Part shown: positions 9,883 through 19,800 of the stretch, in pieces
How positions within the stretch are numbered: position 1 is the stretch's first letter
Layout of the letters: each line of letters opens with the position of its first letter
Source: a virus
Taxonomy: Duplodnaviria > Caudoviricetes
Virus record (IMG/VR): IMGVR_UViG_3300013131_000240
Span: 1-24,393 of that record
Reading direction: 5' to 3' (one strand)
DNA length: 24,393 bases
Translations under genes and position numbers: made by a program
The notes under the pieces: model-generated
The model's database searches: none
The model's input: only the letters and a program-made list of their open reading frames with translations
Told to the model about the DNA's origin: nothing

Positions 9883-10608
9883 TTAACCACCTTCATCATA
9901 ATCAGCGTCTATTATACCATTTAAGTCTGGTAAATTTCCTATATTCCGTAATTCATCAACTTGTTTTGCTAACAAATCATATCCTTCTTGATTCTTAACG
10001 TATATGTTACTCAATGATGCAGAAACAAAAACTTGTTGGCTTTCTACTCTTGCAGACATTAAATCTATACTATTTTCTTGTTGTCTTTGTAGTTCTCTGT
10101 TTATATTCTCAAGATAAGATATTCTAGTCATCATTCTTGAATTTTCTTGTGTAGCATATTCCAAATGATCATTCCATCTTCTATTTGTATTACCAAGAGT
10201 ATCTATTAAATCAGAACTGTTATTTAATGCGGTTTCCAAATCAGAAATCTTTTTACGAAGTGAAGCAACTGAATTTTGATTTTGATTTGCAAGATTTGTT
10301 AATTCGGATAACAGTTGATTTTTTGCAACCTCTTTTACCAACTGCATTCCTTCTTTTAGATCAGCAGGTAATCCGGCTTCAAATAATATAGTTCTTTCAG
10401 ATTCTTCCAATTTTCTAAATATAATAGATTCTGCTTCAACTGCAGACGGTAATGATCTAAATTCTGATTTGACAATATACTTAAAATTTTCTGATAAGAA
10501 CCTTTCATCTAAAACAGGAACTTCTATTGTTCCTTCATTTTTAATAGAACTTTCATCCGTATAACTTATTATTCTATTGGTATCAATGTCACGAACTAAT
10601 CCACTCAT
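9883..10608 (-). CDS. Hypothetical coiled-coil protein, 241 aa, probably virion-associated
   Basis: ATGA overlap with the upstream gene and AAGGT at 10619..10615. Heptad-like helical central region (LSELTNLANQ...LRKKISDLETALNN...LENINRELQRQQE). Confidence 0.6.
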   Translation of the reverse strand: MSGLVRDIDTNRIISYTDESSIKNEGTIEVPVLDERFLSENFKYIVKSEFRSLPSAVEAESIIFRKLEESERTILFEAGLPADLKEGMQLVKEVAKNQLLSELTNLANQNQNSVASLRKKISDLETALNNSSDLIDTLGNTNRRWNDHLEYATQENSRMMTRISYLENINRELQRQQENSIDLMSARVESQQVFVSASLSNIYVKNQEGYDLLAKQVDELRNIGNLPDLNGIIDADYDEGG

Positions 10609-11777
10609 CTAGTTACCTTAAAGTAATAATTGTTATCAAATAATTGAACTCTATCACCACCTTCTGTTTCAATTTTAATCACAACTCTATAAAATCTTTC
10701 TGGTTGAAATGAGTTCATCCACAAATTAAAATAACTACTTGTTCCGTCACAACTAATTTTTGAACCAGTATAATCAAATGGTAGTATTATTTCATCGGTA
10801 TGAGCATCTCTAATTTCATAGTAAGATGATGATGGTAAATGGTAATTTACAGTATAATACGATTGAGTTGTATATGATTTTTGTGGGTATTTTTGATTAG
10901 CATAAATTCTAATTTTTGCCTTTTCAGATTCTGCATAAAATTTTTTCAATTTTATGTTTATATTCAAATTATCTTCTGATGCTTTAGCAAGACTTCCAGT
11001 AACAAAGTTTGAATCATCCCAAACTACATTTAATCTTGGAACATAAATGGTATTACTGTCTGTTCCAAAAAATTTCAATCCTGTTAAAAATTCAATAGAT
11101 GATTCTATTTCATCACTAAATTTTAATATAAAACCATCATTATCAAATCTACCAGATCCAGTTATCCATTTTTTAACGATATTGGTAACATCCATATAAA
11201 TATCGGATGATTGATATGAAAATGATTGCGTGCATTCCAAATTATCATAATTCCACCATGTTCCCCCACCTTCATTTGTTTTATATGATGATGTTACATT
11301 TGCAACTATACCACCACCCCACATACCATCGTATTCAATCCATGTCAATGAAACATCATCCCATCTTAAAGTTGAAACTGTTGGTGGAATATCCCACTCT
11401 GTTCCAACCGTTTTTGATGATCTAAATTTCCAAGAAACACCATCTGTTGTAACAGGATTATTGCCAAATCTTCCGGTTCCATTTGTCCAAGATGAACTCA
11501 AAGGATAAGCATATACAATATATTCTAATGGCAGTTCTCTAACATCTGCAGTTGCAAGTGATAAATAATACTTTGCATTATTTGATATTTTTCCGGAATT
11601 TACTCGTTCTTCTATTTCACTCACATCGAATTTCATCAATACTCTTGCATTGTATATTGATGATCCAGAACCAGCTGCTTCATGTGAAATTTCCAATAGT
11701 GAATCCAATCCAGTGTTCATTTCTATTGATTTTTCATATATTGTAGCATCTTTTTGTGCAAAAATAGAATATATCAT
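10605..11777 (-). CDS. DNRLRE/disaggregatase-repeat (CBM96-like) beta-sandwich virion protein, 390 aa
   Basis: KDATIYE..NTG, RVLMKFDVS, AKYYLSL, YPLSSSWTNGTG, MDVTNIVKKW, NDGFILK and PRLNVVWDD follow the DNRLRE-domain pattern. ATGA overlap with the gp6-like gene. Confidence 0.65.
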   Translation of the reverse strand: MIYSIFAQKDATIYEKSIEMNTGLDSLLEISHEAAGSGSSIYNARVLMKFDVSEIEERVNSGKISNNAKYYLSLATADVRELPLEYIVYAYPLSSSWTNGTGRFGNNPVTTDGVSWKFRSSKTVGTEWDIPPTVSTLRWDDVSLTWIEYDGMWGGGIVANVTSSYKTNEGGGTWWNYDNLECTQSFSYQSSDIYMDVTNIVKKWITGSGRFDNDGFILKFSDEIESSIEFLTGLKFFGTDSNTIYVPRLNVVWDDSNFVTGSLAKASEDNLNINIKLKKFYAESEKAKIRIYANQKYPQKSYTTQSYYTVNYHLPSSSYYEIRDAHTDEIILPFDYTGSKISCDGTSSYFNLWMNSFQPERFYRVVIKIETEGGDRVQLFDNNYYFKVTR

Positions 11778-13666
11778 CCGAATGCCCTCACTTTACCCAT
11801 AATATCGTTATCTGGATATTTTACTTCAAATATAGAAGGATCCAATGATGGGAACAAAATGCCATCTTTTATTGATTGATCTATGTTGTATGCATGTGGT
11901 GAATATCCAAGTGTTTGATCGTATAGATTTCTAAACTTTACCTGAACAACAGTTTGGACACCTGCAACTTTATCTAATTCAGTATAAACATTACTAATAA
12001 CAATTGGTTGATTTATTTGCCATTTTTTTATGTCAAAGTATTGTTTCAATCTATCAATACAACGAAGTAAAACTTTATTACCATTTTCATCTGGCATTAT
12101 TATTACATCAAATTCTATTCCTATGTTAATAATATATGCATCTCTTATGTTTATTGCATCAGTTAGTATTCTATGATGGTTGAGATATGTTTTCAAATTT
12201 TCTTTTGTTGCATTGTTTGCTGTAACAAGTTTATTTGTTCCATCATATGCCAATACATAAAAATTTAATGCAAGTTGATTTTGTATTCTTTCTGTATTAA
12301 AAATAGCATCTCTTGTTAATTGTGTATCTTTTGTGATATACGCCTTAGCAATTGATCCATATTTGGATGGAAGACTATATGCACGAATTATGTAGTCTTC
12401 TTTTGTAACAGCACGATTTTGTGATGCAAAAGAAGCAAGAGCATTTTGTCTAACTTCATTTGTATCTTCTGCATTTTTACCGCCTGTTGCTGGGGTTGGG
12501 TTTGTTACGGCAAGACTACCAACAACTTGTCTTAACAAAACAGAATCTAATCCCGTTTCATCTATTAAAACATTTCTGCTTCTTACCGCAGTTATCACAT
12601 CACTAGGAACATTGTCCAATACACCATTTCCAACAGTATAATATAATGTTAATGTAGTATTGTTTGGTGCAAGACCATATGTTTTTGTATAGAGAAAATT
12701 TGAAGGATCTATATCGGGAGAACTATTGAAAACATTTTGGGGTAATGAATTTCCAACTAAATCTGGATTTGGTATAAGTAGTTCATCATCCAATTCTGAA
12801 ATACCAGCTCCAAACATTATTTCAAATTCACCATTAGATCTTTGTCTTGCAGTAAATCTTCTTGCAACTTTTCTCAATTTTAACAAATATGGTGTTTCAT
12901 TTCTATAATAACTTAATTGTCTATCATTTCTTGGTATATTTGCAGTTGGTTCAAAAATAGTATCTTGTGCTAAAAATGGAACATGATGCCATCTATTTCC
13001 ATCGGAATCTATTGCATACAAAATTTCTATTAAATTTTCCGCTTCTAATGTTATTTTGTCATATGGTTTTGGATCATCAAAAGTATATTCTTTTGTTTGT
13101 ATTTTTCCAGAAACAACATTTACTTGTTTCTTTAATAACCAAAATAAAACTTCTCCTGTATTTTCATCTGCCTCATACGGTGTAATTTCAGTTGAATCAA
13201 AACTACTACTAAATTTGAAATCAACATAGTCTGTTGTTCTAAATTCAATATCGCTTGCATTTGTTGTTGCTATTACCATTCCATCTTCTATTGCAAATGC
13301 ATAATCAAAATCAGGAACTATTTGTCCAGAAATTTGTTTTGACGGTATTATTTGAAAAACATCTAATTTTGTATTAGATGCAATTCTATTTTTTGGCATA
13401 TATCCAAGAGACTGTGCAATGTTTATTATGTTTTGTCTTTCAGATGCATGATTTATCATAGATTCTTGTAAAGTAACATCAGTATAATATGACAACACAT
13501 CACCAACATAAGCAGCCATTTCCAAAAACATCATACCAGGCGATGCTTCGTTAAAGTCTTGATATGTATTTGGAAAATAATTTTTTGTAAAATCAATAAG
13601 ATTTTGTTTTAATGATCCAAAATCTCTTGATAAATAACGAATATCTTTATTGACTAAATTAGCCAT
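11774..13666 (-). CDS. Baseplate wedge subunit, T4 gp6 / baseplate J-like, 630 aa
   Basis: RDFGSLKQNL, DFNEASPGMMFLEMAAYVGDVLSYYTD, NIAQSLGY, FEIMFGAG, ATGG..AED, FASQNRAVTKEDY. Immediately follows the gp25-like gene with an 8-nt overlap. Confidence 0.9.
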   Translation of the reverse strand: MANLVNKDIRYLSRDFGSLKQNLIDFTKNYFPNTYQDFNEASPGMMFLEMAAYVGDVLSYYTDVTLQESMINHASERQNIINIAQSLGYMPKNRIASNTKLDVFQIIPSKQISGQIVPDFDYAFAIEDGMVIATTNASDIEFRTTDYVDFKFSSSFDSTEITPYEADENTGEVLFWLLKKQVNVVSGKIQTKEYTFDDPKPYDKITLEAENLIEILYAIDSDGNRWHHVPFLAQDTIFEPTANIPRNDRQLSYYRNETPYLLKLRKVARRFTARQRSNGEFEIMFGAGISELDDELLIPNPDLVGNSLPQNVFNSSPDIDPSNFLYTKTYGLAPNNTTLTLYYTVGNGVLDNVPSDVITAVRSRNVLIDETGLDSVLLRQVVGSLAVTNPTPATGGKNAEDTNEVRQNALASFASQNRAVTKEDYIIRAYSLPSKYGSIAKAYITKDTQLTRDAIFNTERIQNQLALNFYVLAYDGTNKLVTANNATKENLKTYLNHHRILTDAINIRDAYIINIGIEFDVIIMPDENGNKVLLRCIDRLKQYFDIKKWQINQPIVISNVYTELDKVAGVQTVVQVKFRNLYDQTLGYSPHAYNIDQSIKDGILFPSLDPSIFEVKYPDNDIMGKVRAFG

Positions 13667-14162
13667 TGTATATTGCCTCTGTTAATGTCAAGTTACCTGT
13701 TGTAGATATAAGTATCTGAATAGGTAAATATATGTTAGTTCCTTGAATTTGCACAACCAATTTGATACCAACTGCGTGTGATGGTTCCAAAACTCTACCA
13801 TCTTCTGACATATTTAATTCAACATCTAATTGATTTATATTCAAAAATGGCATCCATGTTCTTATTGCAGATGATATTTCTTTTTTAATATCATTTACAA
13901 AAGATTCCTCACTTGATATATTTTCAAAAAGTATTAAACGAATTTCCGTTCCAAATTCCGGTAACATATATCTTTCACCTTTTGCGGTTAATAATAAATT
14001 ACGCAAATTTGATAAAACTTGTGAAACATTTGTTACACTTTGATTAAAAATCCCATTTGGATTATTAAAAGGTAAAGTAACACCTATATTTTTTATCTTA
14101 TCATCTTTTGATGGTGATAATTCAGGATAGTGAACAGGTTGTTTTCGTCTAAAACTTCTCAC
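13659..14162 (-). CDS. Baseplate wedge / sheath-initiator subunit, T4 gp25 / GPW-like, 167 aa (GTG start)
   Basis: NLRNLLLTAKGERYMLPEFGTEIRLILFE and AIRTWMPFLNI are the GPW_gp25 signature. SD GGGAG at 14174..14170. Confidence 0.9.
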   Translation of the reverse strand: MRSFRRKQPVHYPELSPSKDDKIKNIGVTLPFNNPNGIFNQSVTNVSQVLSNLRNLLLTAKGERYMLPEFGTEIRLILFENISSEESFVNDIKKEISSAIRTWMPFLNINQLDVELNMSEDGRVLEPSHAVGIKLVVQIQGTNIYLPIQILISTTGNLTLTEAIYNG

Positions 14163-14165
14163 ATA

Positions 14166-14594
14166 TTATCTCCCTTTTTTTTCTTCAATTTTTTTCATCA
14201 ATGCAGAATAATCTTTTGTAAGTGCAGACATTACTTCGGATGGTATTTCTTGTTTAGAAAACCCCTGTGGAATTGCTGCACCCTTTCTTTCATAACCAAA
14301 ACCCTCCGCCATATCCGCATTAAAACTAAATTCATTTTCAACATCATAACTTTCTTCTAAACTTCTTCTTGTTTCTTCAAGTAGTTCTTTGATGTTATTA
14401 AAGTCTGTTTTTTGTGTTTTTGGTTTTGCAACTTTTTTATTTGATTGTGATTCGTTATACATAGAAATACCATGTTTAATGGTAGACATATCATCTTTTT
14501 TAGTTTTCTTTTCAGATAACTTCTTTGTAAGAGCATAATCAATTTCTTCTCTTATTATTGAACGTATTTCTTGTAAAAACTTTTTAGTGTCCAT
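14166..14594 (-). CDS. Conserved hypothetical phage protein, 142 aa (IIREEI N-terminus, ALTKDYSALMKK C-terminus)
   Basis: SD AGGTGAT at 14604..14598. Charged helical protein preceded by the ATATTTAT motif. Confidence 0.7.
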   Translation of the reverse strand: MDTKKFLQEIRSIIREEIDYALTKKLSEKKTKKDDMSTIKHGISMYNESQSNKKVAKPKTQKTDFNNIKELLEETRRSLEESYDVENEFSFNADMAEGFGYERKGAAIPQGFSKQEIPSEVMSALTKDYSALMKKIEEKKGR

Positions 14595-14628
14595 TTTATC
14601 ACCTTTTTTCTATAAAAACTTATCTATA

Positions 14629-14636
14629 ATAAATAT
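14629..14636 (-). promoter_or_regulatory. Candidate late promoter element ATATTTAT
   Basis: In the 14595..14653 gap, 34 nt upstream of ATG 14594; the 5828..5835 copy is also 34 nt upstream of its ATG (5793). Confidence 0.5.
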
Positions 14637-14653
14637 CAATTTTATGTATTTAA

Positions 14654-16855
14654 TCATATTTGACATATTTCTTTTAACACTTGGTAGTAAGTTGGAGTTG
14701 ATAATCCTTCCGGCTGTCTTTTACCCATTAAATTTTTATCAGATCCTGCTTCTACTTTTGCAATATAATCTTTTATCATTGGAGTAGATTTATACTTTGC
14801 ACCCAAACCTTTTGAAATTTTTTTACTTGTTTTGTGTGTTAATTTTGAAATAATTACTGTGCCATTTTCTCTCCCTGCAAAACTTGCTGCGGTAAATATC
14901 TGTATTTTTCTTACTGCAAATGATCCACCATCATTTGTAAAACCATCATCTAGCTTACCTGGAGTAAATGATGGAGATGTATTTCCTGCCATTACTATTG
15001 CCTCTCCAGTTGCACTATATGGAGATGCCCAAATTACTGTTTCAACGTGATGTAAGTTGTAAACAAAAGCAACATCCCAGTCAAGTGCAGTTGTAATGGT
15101 AGACCATAGTGTTTTTCCTTGAGCGGTAAGTGATCCATTGGCAAAATGAAAACCTCGCACAAAAACAGCAACTGAACCACCATAATTTAGTGATGATCCA
15201 TACACCGGACCAGGTGTAAACCATGGTTGTATTATTGGTGTTGGAGTTGTTCTGTTTTGCATAAGCCATGATGAAGAATATGCATTATCTTTTTGATTGT
15301 TGTCAAGATGGTAAGGACCAAGAACTACATTTGATTTTAATGTATTATCCCATGCAACAGGATATTGAACAAAACCATTATTTATAGTTTTTCCAGAAAC
15401 ATATTTTTTATCTGGAAAAGCAGATTTTGTTGCAGTTGCTGCTCTTTTCATTGCAACTGCAGTTATAGTTGGAACGCCGGTTGGATCACCATGTGGCATT
15501 GAATATCCACCATTTTCTGTATAGTATTCTGATCCAGCACCACACCACCATTGATTTTCATTCCATGATGATTTTGGTCCACCTGTTGGACTAGGGTTAG
15601 TTCCTTTACCAATAGCCCAACCACCTTTATTATACCATGATGCCGGTAATCTACCCTCATGTATTATACCAAGTTGTTCAGTCGGCCATCTTCCACCTGC
15701 TCCGGATGCCATGTAAGGTATAGCTTTGTTGTAAACACCAACACTGGGAAAATTTAACAACAATGGGATATCGAGGATGGATTGCGCACCCCCAGCAATT
15801 GGAGCACCTGCTTCTAATTTTTTTTGATTCATACCAACGTAATACTGAACCGAACCCAATACAGGTCCAACACTCAAATCTTTTTCTTGTTTTGCAGCAT
15901 CTTTTGTTGGATGCGATGGTTTTCTTCTCACTAACCAAAAACGCTTATCATATGTTAATGCATCATTATCTATCATTTTTTTTGTATTATCTGTGGATTC
16001 CATGTAATCAAAAACAAACCACCCTTCACCCTTTGCAGTGCTTTGAAATGCAGATTGTTGAATTTCTTTTGCTTTATCTTCCGTTAAAGCATTACTAGTA
16101 TCTACAACTGCAGGTGCTGTTTGTGGACTTTCTGCCTGTTTTTCTTTAACTTCTTCTTTTTTCTCAACATCTTGTTTAATAACAACCGCAGTTGGTTTAC
16201 TTGATTCGGGTGCTGGTTGTTTTTTTTCTTCATCAACAGGACAAACATCATCACCAATATATTCATATTCACTTTTTTCATTAGATGAGTTAAATTGACC
16301 TTTGATGTATTTACCATACAAACTTTTTCTATCATCGGTCATGGCATCATCGAAAAACATTTCTGGCGTATATTTTACTTGATCAGCTAAAATTCTTGCT
16401 CGTTTTCTTTGATTAGTTACAGTATTTGGATTATCACCAGAACATTTTATATGGGTATATTCTTTATTAAAAACATATCCATTTTTTTCTGCAGTTTTAG
16501 CATAAGGACCATAATCATTCATTGTAATTTTGTAACTACCAGATGGTTCTTCTCCTGGTTTCAAAAATTTTTCGTTTAATACATTGGCATTTGTATTTGT
16601 GCTTGAAGGTGGAATAGTTCCATTTACTTTATTTGGATCGGTTACACTGGTTTCTGTTGCAGTTGTTGCAGTATTTTGTGTTGATCCAGTTGGTTCTCCA
16701 GAAGGAATAGATATGGTTCTATTATTATCAACTTGGTCTTGAACTCTTGTTCTTCTTAAACTGTTATCATCCGCTCTATATTCTATTAACTTTGATATTA
16801 AAGATACCGAAGCATTTGGATTTTCCCTTTCAACATCATTTAATGTTCTTGCCAT
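14654..16855 (-). CDS. Multidomain protein, 733 aa, with a C-terminal divergent CHAP/NlpC-P60-like Cys-His domain (putative virion-associated peptidoglycan hydrolase)
   Basis: QWWCGAG (Cys438, codon 15544..15542), HHVETV (His602/603) and VMAGNTS...NDGGSFAVRK resemble the CHAP pattern WCA..FV / HVGIV / IEGNTS...DGG.V..K. The N-terminal half has T/S/P- and K/E-rich linkers. Confidence 0.55.
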   Translation of the reverse strand: MARTLNDVERENPNASVSLISKLIEYRADDNSLRRTRVQDQVDNNRTISIPSGEPTGSTQNTATTATETSVTDPNKVNGTIPPSSTNTNANVLNEKFLKPGEEPSGSYKITMNDYGPYAKTAEKNGYVFNKEYTHIKCSGDNPNTVTNQRKRARILADQVKYTPEMFFDDAMTDDRKSLYGKYIKGQFNSSNEKSEYEYIGDDVCPVDEEKKQPAPESSKPTAVVIKQDVEKKEEVKEKQAESPQTAPAVVDTSNALTEDKAKEIQQSAFQSTAKGEGWFVFDYMESTDNTKKMIDNDALTYDKRFWLVRRKPSHPTKDAAKQEKDLSVGPVLGSVQYYVGMNQKKLEAGAPIAGGAQSILDIPLLLNFPSVGVYNKAIPYMASGAGGRWPTEQLGIIHEGRLPASWYNKGGWAIGKGTNPSPTGGPKSSWNENQWWCGAGSEYYTENGGYSMPHGDPTGVPTITAVAMKRAATATKSAFPDKKYVSGKTINNGFVQYPVAWDNTLKSNVVLGPYHLDNNQKDNAYSSSWLMQNRTTPTPIIQPWFTPGPVYGSSLNYGGSVAVFVRGFHFANGSLTAQGKTLWSTITTALDWDVAFVYNLHHVETVIWASPYSATGEAIVMAGNTSPSFTPGKLDDGFTNDGGSFAVRKIQIFTAASFAGRENGTVIISKLTHKTSKKISKGLGAKYKSTPMIKDYIAKVEAGSDKNLMGKRQPEGLSTPTYYQVLKEICQI
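16238..16261. repeat. Exact 24-bp direct repeat, copy 1 (encodes YIGDDVCP)
   Basis: aggacaaacatcatcaccaatata is identical to 16880..16903. Confidence 0.95.
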
Positions 16856-16867
16856 TTATTTTCTCAA

Positions 16868-19800
16868 TTATTTTGATTTAGGACAAACATCATCACCAAT
16901 ATAAATATATCCCAAACTGGGTTCACTTGCATCAATTGGTTCTAAAAACATCATATTATCAATATACCAATGTTTTTCTCTTGCATCTTTTCTACATCTG
17001 CCTTGATCCTTTCTACCCATTCCACTACACCAAATGTATGTATAAGTTTGACCTTCCGATGTGTATTGATAAGATTTTGTTTGTGTTTCTTCTTCAGATG
17101 GAAACATCCTATCTGCATATTCAGATGTATCTGTTTTTGCAACTTTTATAGAACATCTACGACTTGTTGTTGTTTCTCTACCATTTGGAGTAAATCTATT
17201 TTTACCCAAATCACTATCATTTAATCCTTTACCCCTGTTTCCTGTAACATTTAATACACCATTAACTTCAATCGGTATAAATGATAAATCAACAAATTCA
17301 TTATTGCTTATATTAAAGTTTTCACATCTCATTGATGTAAATAACCCATCAGGCAACTGTTTTATCTTATTGTTTGAGGCATCATATGATCCGTAATTTG
17401 ATAAAGAATCTTTTACAATTGTAGGAGATTTTTCAAGTGATGTTAATAAATTATTTGAACAATTAAAATTAGTTACTGATTGTATATTTGCATTTATATT
17501 ACTTGAAAATAAAGTTTCAATTTTATTGTTAGAACAATCTATTCCACCAAGACCAAAATTTGTAATGTCATTTAATGCGTCCAATGATGTAATTGCACAA
17601 TTAGAACAATTTATTAACATTTCTTTTGATTCTGGAATTAAAACAGTTTTATCAAAATTTCTACCCTTTATTATCTTTGGTAAACCAACTAGTGAATTTA
17701 ATCCAGAATTACCACTACAATCAAAAGTAAAAACTTCTTCTGGAGAATTAGTTAGTGATGTTAATAAATTATTTGAACAATTAAATTCACCATTAACTAT
17801 TTTTGGAGAATTTTCAAGTGATGTTAATTTTGCATTATTACATATAAAATTACCTTTTATTAAATTAAATTTTACAGGAAGTTTTCCATTTTCTATCGCT
17901 TTTTCTGTAATTTGAACATTATCATTCCAATCTATACTTCCATCAGAATTAAATGATACTTGGTTATTATCAGATATAATTGCTTTTTCATCTACCAATT
18001 TTTTTAACTTTTCAACTAATGTTGTTGGTATTGGAACTGATGGATTTTCTATAACATCAAGTGTAACACTTTTTCCTTGATGTGGCAAAGGATCAAGAGA
18101 ATTTATCTCTGGTATATCCATTTTTTGTCTCCATCCTGGATCACCACCAAGAACAGAAGGTATATTATCCATAAAATCTGCATAAGGATCTGCCACTATT
18201 TCGGATGTTGAGTCATATAAATTTCCTAAAAGTCCAGGTGTTAATTCTAAATCATTTCCCAAACTTTCAATCATTTCAGGATTACCCTTTCCACCCAACT
18301 TATCAAATTGTTCTTTTCTAGCAATAATTGAATTTTTTATTGTAATAGCGTCCTTTACGCTTCTTTCAAAATTAACAGCTCGTCTAATAACTCTTTGTGC
18401 CTTCACTACATGACTTCCTTTGTCATCTGGTTTGAATCCTAAACATATAGCAATAGTAGATTGTAATTTTGGATCCAATCTTTCAAAATCTCTCCAAGAA
18501 GATGCACCTGGTGCAAATTTTTCCAAAAATGTATCTCTAAATCTTAAAAATCCTTTATCCAATAGTCCAACCAAATTATCACTACTTTTTCCTTGGGCAA
18601 GTAATGATATATCTGCACCAAATTTTATAGCATCTCCTGCCCATTCTTCGTCAATTCCAAATTTTTTAGCAAACCATGCTTTATTTTCAGGAGACATTTC
18701 GTCCCATGCATCTGGACCAAGTTTACCTATCTCGTATAAATTTTTACCAACTGAAATTAACTCCCATGATTTTGATATATCCGAAGGCGATACTCCAACA
18801 TATTCGCCTATTCCATTTAGAATACTTTTAACTGGCTGTGGTAATCTACCATAATCAATTTCTTGAAATATATCCATAAATTGCATTTTTAGATATTTGT
18901 CAAGACACGGTGTTAATCCACTTGAATCTTCTGAAACCGGAGGTTCTTCATAACCTAATTCTTTATTTTCTTCACTAATTTTTAATATATCGCTTTCAAG
19001 TAATTGTAATTCTGCACGTAATTCTTTTAATATATCATTATTTTCTTTTATGCCTTTTGCTATAATTTCAGGAGTCCAATATGGTTCAGATGGTTTTGCT
19101 TCTCTTAATTTTTTTATTGCATCATTTACTTCTTCTATTTTTTTTAATATATCTTCTCTTTTATTCTTTAATCCATCCAATTTACTGTTATTATTTTTAA
19201 TTCTCTCTTCGGTATTTATTTTATCTTTGTATTCATCTCTAATTTTTCTTTTATTTTCAAGATTTTTTTGAACTTCTGCCAATCTTCTTTCAAGATTTAT
19301 TGATTGTTGTATTATAGTTGGATCGTTATCACCACCTATTTCACCCAATTCTCTTACTATTAAATCTTCTTCTATAACAAGAGATTCTATTTCTTGTAAT
19401 AATGAATTATACTCATTTTCAGTTAATTTTTCAGCTGCACTAATATATGAAACTTTACCGTCTCCACTTACAGTAAAATAACCATTTTCTCTACCATAAT
19501 CAAAACCTAATTCTATCAATTTTAATCTATATGATTTTGATATACCTATTAAATCACTTAAAGGACTTAATCCTATATCAAGTTTTGGTTTAATTTCTGT
19601 TACCTTTACTCTATTACCAAGCACAATATCTATTATATTTTGTCTTGTATATTTGTTATTTATCTGCCTAATAGAAACTACTTTTTGTATATTACGAGCT
19701 ATGTATTCTTTTGAGGTATCAATATCTGTTGTATCTATTGCATCTTCTAACCTTTCAAATATGGTTGAAACAGATTCCGCTGACAAACCGTTCATTATGT

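Noticed and set aside
16238-16903. 24-bp repeat as a diversity-generating retroelement TR/VR pair
   Set aside because: It is too short, flanking differences are not adenine-specific, both copies are coding, and no reverse transcriptase is in the window.
17430-17828. 32-bp repeats as a CRISPR array
   Set aside because: Only two full copies, 318 bp apart and in frame within LRR coding sequence.
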